Positions 33,237-42,572 of a DNA stretch of 64,000 nt are shown here, piece by piece. Source of the DNA: a virus; the IMG/VR virus record IMGVR_UViG_3300045988_109025, positions 16,804 through 80,803 of that record. One strand, 5' to 3'. Numbering within the stretch: position 1 is the first letter of the stretch; every line of letters begins with the position of its first letter. Position numbers and translations under genes: made by a program. The notes below the pieces were generated by a model. It ran no database searches. It saw only the letters and a list, made by a program, of their open reading frames with translations, and was not told the origin of the DNA.

Positions 33237-34949
33237 TTATAGCGCTAAAAGGTACTTATATTTGTAAAATACCATATGTTGTGTCTTGATGCAAGTTTTC
33301 CTACTAAATATCTTGTGTTGTTCTGGATGTAGAGTTAAAATCATATCGTCAGAACGGCGCAAGGGAAACCCCCATTTTTCAAGGCTTCCAGACCTCAATT
33401 GAAATGTTAGTGTTGCACATGTAGCCGCCAACGGTTCCACGGTAATTTTTTCAAAAAGTTCATTGACAATCTGCCTGTTAATGTCTTTTGGAGTAACGCC
33501 TTTGAACTTTTCTAACTGTTCTTTAATAGCACTTAATTGTATTTCTGCTGGCTCTGGACTTTTAATATTTTGTAGTTCTCGAATATGGCTTTCTGTCTGT
33601 TTTATCTGTTTTACATATTCTTTATTTCTTGAAACAAATTCATCATCAGATATTTTGCCATCTAAATTATATTCCAGTATTTTTTCACGCTTTTGTTTTA
33701 ACAGGTCAATCTGTTTTTCAAGTCGTGAGATTTCGTTTTTATTGTCTGGAATGTTTTTGATCGAGGACTGCAAAATTTCAAAATATTCCTCCAAAATGCT
33801 ATCAATGTTTTCAGAAGATTTATTTATTAATTCTGCAATTACTTCTTTCAGTTCTGATTCTGCCAGTCCAAATGAATCACATGAAGCTGCTCCGTTTTTT
33901 ATTTTATAGCTGCATACCCATCGAACATCTTCTTTTCCTCTGATATAATGTTGCTTCATCCAGTATGGAGCTCCGTCATTTGCGCAGAAAAGTTTTCCAG
34001 TGAAAATATTTTCGTTTTTAAAAGAGGTTCTTCTTGATTTTATGGCTTCTCCACGTTCTCTTAAATATGCGTTTGCCTTTTCCCAGGTAGTTTCATCAAT
34101 GATCTGCGGTACTCTGGAACCATCATCCTTAAACATTATCCATTCTGACTGCGGAAGAAATTCTTGTTTCTTGGTGAACATATCGACAACCTTTACTTTT
34201 CCTCCGCAATAGTATCCTTTGTATTTTGGATTCCGAATAATATTTTTTATGACATCCCGGTTGATTTTCCCGCCTTTGAAACTTCTGTATCCCATATCCC
34301 AGAGTTTTTTTTCGATTCTTGGCGTAGATATTCCGGAAGCATAATCTCGAAAAATCATTCGAACCATGTCTGCTTCTTCTGGAATCAGTTCGAGCTTCCC
34401 TTGATTGTTTGAGTATCCATACATTCTGTGCCCGAGAACAACACCGTTTTTGATCGACTGTGCGTGTCCAAACTTTACTCTTGAAGAAAGCTTGCGGATT
34501 TCGTCCTGCGCTACCCCAGCCATAATAGTAAGTCGGAACTCACTATCATCATCAATAGTGTTAATTCCATCGTTTTGGAACCACACGCATACGCCGTAAG
34601 ATAACAATTCCCTGGTATATTGGATGCTGTCAAGAGTATTTCGTGCAAATCTTGAAATTTCTTTCGTAATAATCATGTCAATTTTTCCGAGCTTTGCATC
34701 TCTGAGCATTCTTTGAAATTCTTCTCTTTTATCCGCATGTATTCCAGAAATACCATCATCAATGTAAGAACCAGCAAACTTCCATCTGTTGTTAGAATGT
34801 ATCAGCTCTTCAAAATGTTCCTCCTGGTGCTTAATGGATGCTTGCTGTTCAACTTTTTCAGTAGAAACCCTGGCATAATAAGCAACATTTAGTTCAATGT
34901 CGTAAATAGAGCAATTTCTTAATTTTTCTCTGACATAATAAATATTCAT
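33237..34949 (-). CDS. int: large serine recombinase (integrase)
   Basis: Internal ATG at 34949 (MNIYYVREK...). Resolvase catalytic region YARVSTEKVEQ...ITKEISRFARN, a recombinase domain, a Cys-containing zinc-ribbon region and a long coiled coil. Confidence 0.85.
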   Translation of the reverse strand: MNIYYVREKLRNCSIYDIELNVAYYARVSTEKVEQQASIKHQEEHFEELIHSNNRWKFAGSYIDDGISGIHADKREEFQRMLRDAKLGKIDMIITKEISRFARNTLDSIQYTRELLSYGVCVWFQNDGINTIDDDSEFRLTIMAGVAQDEIRKLSSRVKFGHAQSIKNGVVLGHRMYGYSNNQGKLELIPEEADMVRMIFRDYASGISTPRIEKKLWDMGYRSFKGGKINRDVIKNIIRNPKYKGYYCGGKVKVVDMFTKKQEFLPQSEWIMFKDDGSRVPQIIDETTWEKANAYLRERGEAIKSRRTSFKNENIFTGKLFCANDGAPYWMKQHYIRGKEDVRWVCSYKIKNGAASCDSFGLAESELKEVIAELINKSSENIDSILEEYFEILQSSIKNIPDNKNEISRLEKQIDLLKQKREKILEYNLDGKISDDEFVSRNKEYVKQIKQTESHIRELQNIKSPEPAEIQLSAIKEQLEKFKGVTPKDINRQIVNELFEKITVEPLAATCATLTFQLRSGSLEKWGFPLRRSDDMILTLHPEQHKIFSRKTCIKTQHMVFYKYKYLLAL

Positions 34950-35030
34950 AGTGCATTTCTCCCTTAATAAACAGGGAGTGGAATCATATAAAGTATAACA
35001 CCTCATATAAATCCACTCAATACATTGTCG

Positions 35031-35216
35031 TTACTTTCTAATGCTGATTTCAGCTTTAATTTTATCTCTTGTTTTCTCATCTATCAGACCAAATGAGAAC
35101 ATTCTTTCGTTTATGGCATACAATATAGCTTTTTCCATTAATTTTCCCTCCATATAATTATCTCGTTTTAAACGCTGTTTTTCTTTATCTTTTGTATGCC
35201 CTATAATTTCTACCAT
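35031..35216 (-). CDS. hypothetical small protein
   Basis: 61-aa track ORF immediately upstream of the recombinase. Confidence 0.4.
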   Translation of the reverse strand: MVEIIGHTKDKEKQRLKRDNYMEGKLMEKAILYAINERMFSFGLIDEKTRDKIKAEISIRK

Positions 35217-35267
35217 TATTCTCTTTTGAACGATTCTGCACTATTTTAAGTACACAATTATCACGTT

Positions 35268-35480
35268 TTACAACAAATCAAAGATGTTTACCTGTCCATC
35301 AATCTGAGATTCTTCCAGATTGTAAAATTTGCAAGCTATATAATCTGGGTTCCAATCAATTTCCAGCTCATATTGCAGGCACTGCGGATGCTTACCGTTA
35401 CGGAAGAACCTACAATGAGAACAAGTATGCTGATAAGCTGTACCTCCAGACCGCTTATACATTTCGCTTATCTTCCTCAT
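35268..35480 (-). CDS. hypothetical Cys/His-containing protein
   Basis: 70-aa track ORF (HTCSHCRFF...HPQC). Confidence 0.45.
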   Translation of the reverse strand: MRKISEMYKRSGGTAYQHTCSHCRFFRNGKHPQCLQYELEIDWNPDYIACKFYNLEESQIDGQVNIFDLL

Positions 35481-35719
35481 AAAATCACTCGCTTTACTCT
35501 TGATTTTCCTCTCGATTTCTTCTTGAAGATACCATTTTTAACACAATCCCTCGGATCACATCCTCTGCTATGTTCTTCGATTAAGATATAATCACAAGTT
35601 GCACTTGCGCTCCATGCATTTTCAGTTCTGCTGTAATAGTCACATTTCGAACATTGTCTACGCTTTAAATTTGCTATTTCAGCCCCTTTTAATTCTCTCC
35701 ATGGTTTTCTATCTGGCAA
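35477..35719 (-). CDS. hypothetical Cys-rich protein
   Basis: 80-aa track ORF (CSKCDYY...CDY...GCDPRDC). Its ATG overlaps the upstream gene. Confidence 0.45.
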   Translation of the reverse strand: MPDRKPWRELKGAEIANLKRRQCSKCDYYSRTENAWSASATCDYILIEEHSRGCDPRDCVKNGIFKKKSRGKSRVKRVIL

Positions 35720-36249
35720 TTTTCCGCACCTCCCAATCTGGCATTATCTATAATTTTTAAAAGGTCTGGACTTAGTTTTCTTCGTTCTTGTTCTCTTTGC
35801 ACTTCTGCCCGATATGTACGCTGAAAATTTGACTGGACTACGCTCAGCCATTTTCCATCTACATTCCCTGATTTCGCCCATTCTTCTAACTGCCCCGGAC
35901 TTGATACAGCTTTTTGAACTATTTCTGGAAGTTTAGAAAATTCTTCTTCCGCATGGTATATAGAGTTCCAAATTGCCCTTGATACCAGATTCCAAGCTTC
36001 TGTTTCGTTCAGTTCGTCAGACTGTGGTGCAAGGCTTTGTGCGCATTTCCTTAATGCTGCTATTGATGGCTCTTTCCATTCAGTCTGCATATATTTCTTT
36101 AATCCGAAACTTAAAAGCTTGTAATCTAGGTCTTTAAGGAGACCATACCAAGTATCAAAAGCATATTGATCTGGAAGAAACGATGGAGAAGTGTACACAG
36201 CTTTCATTGCTTTTACCAGTACCGCCCATTCTTCCCTTGTCATACCCAA
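35689..36249 (-). CDS. putative helicase-loader/G39P-like replication protein
   Basis: 186 aa, directly downstream of the replisome organizer. The N-terminal W/L-rich helical domain resembles G39P-type loaders. This is a weak call. Confidence 0.4.
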   Translation of the reverse strand: MGMTREEWAVLVKAMKAVYTSPSFLPDQYAFDTWYGLLKDLDYKLLSFGLKKYMQTEWKEPSIAALRKCAQSLAPQSDELNETEAWNLVSRAIWNSIYHAEEEFSKLPEIVQKAVSSPGQLEEWAKSGNVDGKWLSVVQSNFQRTYRAEVQREQERRKLSPDLLKIIDNARLGGAENCQIENHGEN

Positions 36250-37160
36250 TTGTCCACCTCGCTTACCCTGTTTTGGATTTTCTCCATGTAGCTTTGAGGC
36301 TTGTTGCCGGATTTATCAAGATAGTTCCCTTCAAATACCTTTGCAAAGTTACCGGGCTTTAAGAACCAATCGAAAGTTATCATCCAGCCTTCTTTGTTCT
36401 GCCCTTGTAAGAAGCTGCTATGGCGAATGTTTTCAATGGCTTCTAATATATCGCCCATATGGTTCTGACGGATTCTGGCTTTCACTGCTTGTTCTCGTTT
36501 TGATGTCATTCTTTTTACAGGGTTAATACCAAATTCTTCCAGAGTATTCCATTCATCAATGATTCGTTGGACGTCAGTCTGACGAATAGTATCTTTAGAT
36601 ACTATTAAATCATTCTCTTCTTCTATTTCTTTTTCTTTATTATCTAATTCTTTATTATCTAGTTCTTTATTATATACTTCTGCCGAGCTAACGTTAGTTT
36701 TACTGTTAACTTTACCGTAAAGTTTACTGTTAGTTTTACACTCTATTTTGTCTTTCTGCTTTTTTCGATATTCTTGCATATAGTTTCGCATATATTGGCT
36801 TTTTTGCTCAATTTTATCAAGATTTTGATATTTTCCCCAGTTCGGAATTGTGTAAACGCCGGAAACAATTTCGATCATTCCGTAGTTCTCAAATGTTTTT
36901 AACGCTAATCGAACTGTATTAATGTCTCTTCTGAATACTGTTGCCAACATTTCATCTGTATATGCAATTTTATCGTTTAAAATAAAAACACCACTGTTGT
37001 TATTTTTCCCGGCTAAGCACAACAATTTAAACCAGATTACGATAATGCTGTCCGCACTTGGCAAATTTTCAATTAGCATTATTTTTTCATCATCAAAAAT
37101 GTCTGAACATATTTTTATCCATTTTACATCGCTTGCCAATTTTAAAATTCCTTTCTCCAA
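36240..37160 (-). CDS. phage replisome organizer (DnaD-like)
   Basis: 306 aa. The N-terminal WIKICSDIFDDEKIMLIENLP...IWFKLLCLAGK is typical of the replisome-organizer N domain. The C-terminal part is DnaD-like, and there is an internal NKELDNKELDNKEKE repeat. Confidence 0.75.
   Translation of the reverse strand: MEKGILKLASDVKWIKICSDIFDDEKIMLIENLPSADSIIVIWFKLLCLAGKNNNSGVFILNDKIAYTDEMLATVFRRDINTVRLALKTFENYGMIEIVSGVYTIPNWGKYQNLDKIEQKSQYMRNYMQEYRKKQKDKIECKTNSKLYGKVNSKTNVSSAEVYNKELDNKELDNKEKEIEEENDLIVSKDTIRQTDVQRIIDEWNTLEEFGINPVKRMTSKREQAVKARIRQNHMGDILEAIENIRHSSFLQGQNKEGWMITFDWFLKPGNFAKVFEGNYLDKSGNKPQSYMEKIQNRVSEVDNWV
36636..36680. repeat. 3 tandem 15-bp repeats (TTTATTATCTARTTC) inside the organizer gene; candidate origin iterons
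   Basis: Copies are at 36636, 36651 and (degenerate) 36666. Confidence 0.4.
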
Positions 37161-37182
37161 TTCCTGGCTTTTTCAAAAGTGT

Positions 37183-38304
37183 TTATCTTAATTCAACTTC
37201 AATTCCATTGATTTTCAGTTCTCCATTTACCGGAATTACAAGGGATGGAACACCATTTATTTCTTTCAGTTCAATCAGAGCAATTTTATCTGTCTGGATG
37301 CAGATTGTTGTATCTGGTGTTACAATTTTTGCGGTTTTTGAATTATGGATATTGTCAAGGGCAACAGGCTCATTGCTAAAATACATTCCCCAGTTTTCTT
37401 TGAAGTCCGATAACTTCTCGCCTGGAACTCCGCAATATTCAAAAATTTGTTCCATTTCGTTACATGATACAGTTATCATCTCCGGGCTGTCTTTCTTCTG
37501 TTCTTTCACTTCCTGTAATGATTCAACCAGGCTTTCCGTGAAATTGAATGTTGTGTTTCCTTCGAAATTGTCCATGATAAAATCCGAAAAAACATTGTTC
37601 TCATTCCCTGGTATACGTGGAATTGGTGTGCCAAGAACATTTTCGATGAAGTCTGGATGAATATACTTTACGTTTTTATTGAAATACAGGGTTCCGTGAA
37701 TATCAGTGCTTCTGTCATTGAATACAGGGAATAAGAATCCTGTTTCTGGTCTTGAGACTACCCAATCACGAATTCTGTCTTTGATGTTATTTTCAGCCAC
37801 ATCATAGCTAAGCCCAGCCTTTGAAAGATTCACCGGGCAAATGCTGCACAGAATGTGTTCATAGATTTCTTCTGAAGAATCGTGCATTTCATTTTCATCA
37901 GAAGCTTTTCCTGGAATGTCATATACTGCATGAATGAGAATTATGTAGTAATTTTCCGGATAATCATAATTTTCAATCACTTTATCATAAAATTCATCCA
38001 AAAGCTCATCATCTTTAAGCTTACTTGCTCTGATTCGCATAAGAAATTCCTGTGTTCCGCCTTCTTTTTCCTGTGATAATGGAAAATCAAGGTTCATAAG
38101 ATTTTTTCCAAGTCTGCCAGACATGGTTTTCTTGAAAATGTCAAAATACTTAAACATTTCTTCCTCTGGAAGAGATAGGAATGCTTCTTTAATTTTAGTT
38201 TTCTTATTCTTTTCTGCATCCACATAACAGCCACAAATACGTGTAATGGAACAATTTGCTGGTGTAAACTGTTTCTTGATCTCTGCGATTTCTTTCTTAT
38301 TCAT
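37183..38304 (-). CDS. DUF4317-like protein
   Basis: The ATG at 38304 has a GGGAGG RBS. The N-terminus MNKKEIAEIKKQFTPANCSITRICGCYVD...LPEEEMFKYFDIFKKTMSG matches my memory of DUF4317 family N-termini. Confidence 0.55.
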   Translation of the reverse strand: MNKKEIAEIKKQFTPANCSITRICGCYVDAEKNKKTKIKEAFLSLPEEEMFKYFDIFKKTMSGRLGKNLMNLDFPLSQEKEGGTQEFLMRIRASKLKDDELLDEFYDKVIENYDYPENYYIILIHAVYDIPGKASDENEMHDSSEEIYEHILCSICPVNLSKAGLSYDVAENNIKDRIRDWVVSRPETGFLFPVFNDRSTDIHGTLYFNKNVKYIHPDFIENVLGTPIPRIPGNENNVFSDFIMDNFEGNTTFNFTESLVESLQEVKEQKKDSPEMITVSCNEMEQIFEYCGVPGEKLSDFKENWGMYFSNEPVALDNIHNSKTAKIVTPDTTICIQTDKIALIELKEINGVPSLVIPVNGELKINGIEVELR

Positions 38305-38362
38305 GATTAATCCTCCCATTTTAATTTTTGTCAAATAAATCAAATTATATGAGTTTTATGTG

Positions 38363-39316
38363 CTATTTCTTGATTACCTTCATGTTTTTATTCCAACTTC
38401 CAGAAATTGTTCCGTCTGGATGAATTATAAATTCTCTACAAACACTATTATCTTCCGCTTTCTCTATTTCGCTAAGCATTTTCATGTTCGAATAGCTAAA
38501 GGTGATTAAAGTATCTTTGTATTTCCATATTTCATACACATAATAATCTTGAATTGTTTGCTCGATAAATTCAAAATGATTGTATGCGTATTCAAGTATT
38601 TTGTTATATAATTCTTCTTTTTCATCGTATTTAATTCCGCTTTTTTCACTTAGCTTCATAAGTTTTCTGAATGATAAATCATCTGCAAAAGAGTATGCAT
38701 CAATCATATTTAATACATCTTCGATTGTGTTCGCGTCGCACAATACGCATTGTAATCTCATTTTGGTCTTTAATAATTTGCCTTTAATACGTTCCAGATC
38801 AACCAAAGATGGCATACATGTTCCAAAAATTTCATTATTTTTCTTATCAGATATAGCATGTCTGCTAATGTCTACAAAATCAAACAGTCCATCAATTTCT
38901 TTAATATGATTTTCTAAGTATTTCCCATTTGTATTAATCGTCAAAAATTTAATATCGTGTTTTCCTAAAACTTCACACAATTTAGTAAATTTTTCAAATA
39001 GCAGTGGCTCTCCACCTGTTACAGATACGGAATACAATATTCCTTCTTTTTCCATTTCTGAAAGCATTTCATCAACTTGCATTATAAAATACTCTGCATT
39101 CTCGCAACGTTCTGCGTTTTGTTCGACACAGAATGAACATTTGGCATTGCACTTATCTGTTATTTTCAAATGCAAGTGCCATAACCATTCGTTCTTTTCT
39201 ACTAAAATCCGATGACCAAATAAGTTGACTTCCATCTTGTCGTCATAATTTATTGGTAATCTTTCAACATTGCACTTGTGAATGTAATCTTTTATGCTTT
39301 TATTTTGTACAAACAT
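38363..39316 (-). CDS. radical SAM enzyme
   Basis: Internal ATG at 39316. It has CNAKCSFC (CxxxCxxC) preceded by HLHLKITDK, plus VSVTGGEPLL. The start overlaps the MazG-like stop. Confidence 0.75.
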   Translation of the reverse strand: MFVQNKSIKDYIHKCNVERLPINYDDKMEVNLFGHRILVEKNEWLWHLHLKITDKCNAKCSFCVEQNAERCENAEYFIMQVDEMLSEMEKEGILYSVSVTGGEPLLFEKFTKLCEVLGKHDIKFLTINTNGKYLENHIKEIDGLFDFVDISRHAISDKKNNEIFGTCMPSLVDLERIKGKLLKTKMRLQCVLCDANTIEDVLNMIDAYSFADDLSFRKLMKLSEKSGIKYDEKEELYNKILEYAYNHFEFIEQTIQDYYVYEIWKYKDTLITFSYSNMKMLSEIEKAEDNSVCREFIIHPDGTISGSWNKNMKVIKK

Positions 39317-39752
39317 TAATATCACCAATCCTTTCTGCTTCTCTCGCCTGTTTTTTCTTAATCCACTTATTAATTTTCTCATCGGATATCATGTACATTT
39401 GCTTTAGCATTTCGATGCAGATCAACACATCTGCAATTTCTTCTATCATGTTATCGCGGTCGATTCTTCCGCGTTTTGCCTTACTGATTGCTTGGATAAG
39501 TTCGGCGCATTCTTCCATACAGACTGTACTTTGATTATTTTTGCCGTAGTGCTGAATGCTATCTGTGATAATACCTTTATCAATCTTTATCCCTGTGGTT
39601 AATCCGGCAAGAGCCTTTGCTCCAGAATCACACGCCCATGCTTCTTTTAAAAATTTTTCGCCCCATGTCCCAGTATTTTCGGCTCCGTCAATGAACTGCA
39701 AATGCTGGTCTCTCATATCGGATAATATTTCTTTGGCTTCTTTAACGTCCAT
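39300..39752 (-). CDS. MazG-like NTP pyrophosphohydrolase domain protein
   Basis: 150 aa. The C-terminal half, MEECAELIQAISKAKRGR...MIEEIADVLICIEML, fits the all-alpha MazG EExxE..EExxD pattern. Confidence 0.6.
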   Translation of the reverse strand: MDVKEAKEILSDMRDQHLQFIDGAENTGTWGEKFLKEAWACDSGAKALAGLTTGIKIDKGIITDSIQHYGKNNQSTVCMEECAELIQAISKAKRGRIDRDNMIEEIADVLICIEMLKQMYMISDEKINKWIKKKQAREAERIGDINVCTK

Positions 39753-39963
39753 TCTTCATCTCCTCCAACTTCTTCTCTATCGGATTAATAATCTCTTCCA
39801 ATACCTGTTGCTCATAATTTTCTTTCCAGAATTTTTCTCTTTTCCAAAATGGAACTTTTTTAACCTTGCCGATTAAATCAATACACGCCATAGCTGTCAG
39901 TGTTCCCCAGCATCCGTCACATGCTCTTTCATTGCACCAGTTTACAAATTCTTTAAATTTCAT
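39742..39963 (-). CDS. hypothetical Cys-rich protein
   Basis: 73-aa track ORF (CNERACDGCWG...MAC). Confidence 0.45.
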   Translation of the reverse strand: MKFKEFVNWCNERACDGCWGTLTAMACIDLIGKVKKVPFWKREKFWKENYEQQVLEEIINPIEKKLEEMKNGR

Positions 39964-40303
39964 TTTTGAGTTCTTCTAACTTCTTCTCAGCTTCCTCACT
40001 GGTAAGGAATACAGATTCCCCAAACTTTTTGCTTTCCATAGTCCCGCAAAGTTCAGATAATGTTTTAATTACATGTCGTTGAATTTTATATGGTTTTCCA
40101 TCATAATACCAAAGTTTATATACCATATCGCCAACCTTACATGGCAATCTCACCAGTAAGCCCTGTTCTTCTAATTCTTCGTAAGTAGCAAGTTTTTCTA
40201 AAATCATTCTACAATGATGTGCATTCATTTCGCATGGTTCAATTTTTAAGCCCTGATCTTTAAGCCAAATCATCTTATCTAATTTTTGCGTTAATCTCTC
40301 CAT
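39953..40303 (-). CDS. hypothetical protein
   Basis: 116-aa track ORF, tightly packed. Confidence 0.5.
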   Translation of the reverse strand: MERLTQKLDKMIWLKDQGLKIEPCEMNAHHCRMILEKLATYEELEEQGLLVRLPCKVGDMVYKLWYYDGKPYKIQRHVIKTLSELCGTMESKKFGESVFLTSEEAEKKLEELKNEI

Positions 40304-40666
40304 CTACTTCACCTCTTCCATCTGACTTTCTACGGTATCTGCAAGTAACTTCAAGGACTGAATAAATGAGTCCGTCAATGCTGTTCTGTCTGGGTATTTA
40401 GTGAATGCTCTGACAAGGTTTACTGCATCTTTGATTTTTCCTTCATCTTCGACGATTTCGGACGCTTCATACAATGCCTTTTTAAAATCTCTGTAAGTAA
40501 CGTTTTTACTATCGTAAAAAATCAATATGTTTGGAAGTGGAATTTCGATAGGATTTAAATGGTTTTCTCTCACCCATGTGAATCCTTGAAGCTTTGCTAT
40601 TTTCAGAATACTCAAATATTCTTCCTGTGTCTTTACAAACACGCTTTTTCCTGTTAAATTAATCAT
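40304..40666 (-). CDS. hypothetical protein
   Basis: Internal ATG at 40666 (MINLTGKSVFVKT...) with a GGAGGAG RBS. Confidence 0.5.
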   Translation of the reverse strand: MINLTGKSVFVKTQEEYLSILKIAKLQGFTWVRENHLNPIEIPLPNILIFYDSKNVTYRDFKKALYEASEIVEDEGKIKDAVNLVRAFTKYPDRTALTDSFIQSLKLLADTVESQMEEVK

Positions 40667-40955
40667 CAGAATCCACTCCTCCTGCAATTTTATCAATGCA
40701 ATCATTCCAACCTCTAGTATCACCGTTGTAATACCTATATTTTCGTTTCTTCGGCAATGGCTTCAATGGACACCAATCAGGTCTTGATTTGCTTTCGCAA
40801 TCATAATGTTCTTCTGTCATCAGAATTACATCATAATCTAAACAGTCAGCTAATTCACAATAACCCACATATTCAAGTTCGCCGCAGTATGCAGTTCCGA
40901 ACGGGCAGTCATAACAATTTTTCGGCGTATCAATCACTAATATTGATTTACTCAT
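40659..40955 (-). CDS. hypothetical Cys-rich protein
   Basis: ATG at 40955 (MSKSILVIDTPKNCYDCPF...). Confidence 0.5.
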   Translation of the reverse strand: MSKSILVIDTPKNCYDCPFGTAYCGELEYVGYCELADCLDYDVILMTEEHYDCESKSRPDWCPLKPLPKKRKYRYYNGDTRGWNDCIDKIAGGVDSDD

Positions 40956-41190
40956 TTGCTTCACTTCCTCTCAACATCAGACTCAAAGTATTATATCCCG
41001 GACAAGTTCTGACTCCGTTTCTTGTATCTCTTAATAATGCACAATATGGATATAATGCCATGACCTCATAGATGTGTTCCGTGGTATCTTCGCCACGCTG
41101 GTCGATATATTTGAAGCACTTTCCTGGTCTGAGGAAGTACCTTGCACATACATACGCTTTTGTTCCGAATCTTACGCTTGCACTACTCAT
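40948..41190 (-). CDS. hypothetical protein
   Basis: 80-aa track ORF with an ATGA overlap with the upstream gene. Confidence 0.45.
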   Translation of the reverse strand: MSSASVRFGTKAYVCARYFLRPGKCFKYIDQRGEDTTEHIYEVMALYPYCALLRDTRNGVRTCPGYNTLSLMLRGSEANE

Positions 41191-41603
41191 TTGCGTACCT
41201 CCTGTAATAATTCTGGATTGTCAAAGGCATTAACTAGTACCTCTACCGTGGTTTCTCCGTTACTATTCGGTTTCAACTCCCAGAACTCATGATTCTGCCA
41301 AGCTGGAGACATAATCCACAGTCCATCTACACGCTGTTTAACTGTACCTATTGCTCTTGAGCCTTGGCTCCATGCCTTAACAATATCATTCTTCCAGATT
41401 CTCACCCCGTTCTTATCGGTCATCCCGGTGAACTGGCAGATGGTATTGGGGTCTACTTCTATCCACATAACCTTTGGCAACCACTCATAAAGCAGGCGAG
41501 TAGCGCAAATAAAAGCTTTATTTTTCACACTATTGTCAACGTAGCATCCCTCAATCCATTCTCCATTATCAATCCGCTTTCCCTTGAAAAGAATCTCTCT
41601 CAT
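41187..41603 (-). CDS. YopX-like protein
   Basis: ATG at 41603 (MREILFKGKRIDNGEWIEG...ICQFTGMTDKNGVRIWKNDIV), a typical YopX pattern. Confidence 0.6.
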   Translation of the reverse strand: MREILFKGKRIDNGEWIEGCYVDNSVKNKAFICATRLLYEWLPKVMWIEVDPNTICQFTGMTDKNGVRIWKNDIVKAWSQGSRAIGTVKQRVDGLWIMSPAWQNHEFWELKPNSNGETTVEVLVNAFDNPELLQEVRK

Positions 41604-41604
41604 A

Positions 41605-42210
41605 TTACACCTCCTTCGGTTTCTCACACCGCTCAAACTCGATCACCCAGACCCACGGATTCACATCCCAGCCGTAGCGGTCAATGTCGGTTTTCTTGAT
41701 GGTGGAGTTCCAAAGTTTTTCCCATTCCATCATCACTCCATCACATTGACTGCACTCTTCTTCTGTACCATAACAGCACTGCGAACCGCTTTCTTCGTAT
41801 GTATTAAGACAATCCCAACAATCAGGATAAGCTCCCTCTTTTATCACATCAACCGGCTTCATCTCCTGCAGCCGCTCTACCCTCACATTCTTGACCTTTA
41901 GCCAAATTCGTGCTGCTTCTTTCGGCATGTGGATGGATGGGTGCCACCTTGCATCGTTATAATCAAGCAGACGTTTTTCTTCTCTGGATGTATTTTTATC
42001 TGCCTTATAGAAATACTTTTCTCCATCGAATCTTAAGTTCCATGTTTCCCGGACATACAGGATATCTCCCGGTTGATATGGTGGCTTTATACACTGCACC
42101 CCATAATGTGTTGTAGGCTGTGGCTTTACAATTCTTCGCGTACATGTCTTTCTTCCGTCCAGAATCGCTCGAACCATTTCAGTATTGAATAAAATCCCTT
42201 TAACGGCCAT
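41605..42210 (-). CDS. ASCH-like domain protein
   Basis: 201 aa. ILFNTEMVRAILDGRKTCTRR is typical of ASCH/PUA-like phage proteins. Confidence 0.5.
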   Translation of the reverse strand: MAVKGILFNTEMVRAILDGRKTCTRRIVKPQPTTHYGVQCIKPPYQPGDILYVRETWNLRFDGEKYFYKADKNTSREEKRLLDYNDARWHPSIHMPKEAARIWLKVKNVRVERLQEMKPVDVIKEGAYPDCWDCLNTYEESGSQCCYGTEEECSQCDGVMMEWEKLWNSTIKKTDIDRYGWDVNPWVWVIEFERCEKPKEV

Positions 42211-42442
42211 CTACACCACCGCCTTTCACAATTTGCATAACCGTCTTATATAGCGTAGCATTTCTTCCAACCAGCTTTGTTATGTATGTATCTAACTGCT
42301 CCACAACTGCATCCACATCATAGGCGGTCGGTTGCGCATCAATCATTTTAAACGCACTTTCTGCCGTAATTAAACTGTCTTTTCCTCCAACTTGCTTGTA
42401 AAATAACTCTTCATTCATTGCATCCACATCAATCAGTCTCAT
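42200..42442 (-). CDS. hypothetical protein
   Basis: Internal ATG at 42442 (MRLIDVDAMNEEL...AYDVDAVVEQL). Confidence 0.5.
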   Translation of the reverse strand: MRLIDVDAMNEELFYKQVGGKDSLITAESAFKMIDAQPTAYDVDAVVEQLDTYITKLVGRNATLYKTVMQIVKGGGVDGR

Positions 42443-42572
42443 AATCCTCGCACTCCTCCGCATATTCATAACTGTCCATATCATCACATCTGCACTGACA
42501 GGAATCCTGTTTAGTACAGCAGATGCAACACTCTGTTTCACCGTCCGGGCATTCTAATTTACATCTTCCCAT
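42429..42572 (-). CDS. acidic Cys-rich mini-protein
   Basis: Internal ATG at 42572 (MGRCKLECPDGETECCICCTKQDSCQCRCDDMDSYEYAEECEDYETD). Confidence 0.4.
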   Translation of the reverse strand: MGRCKLECPDGETECCICCTKQDSCQCRCDDMDSYEYAEECEDYETD

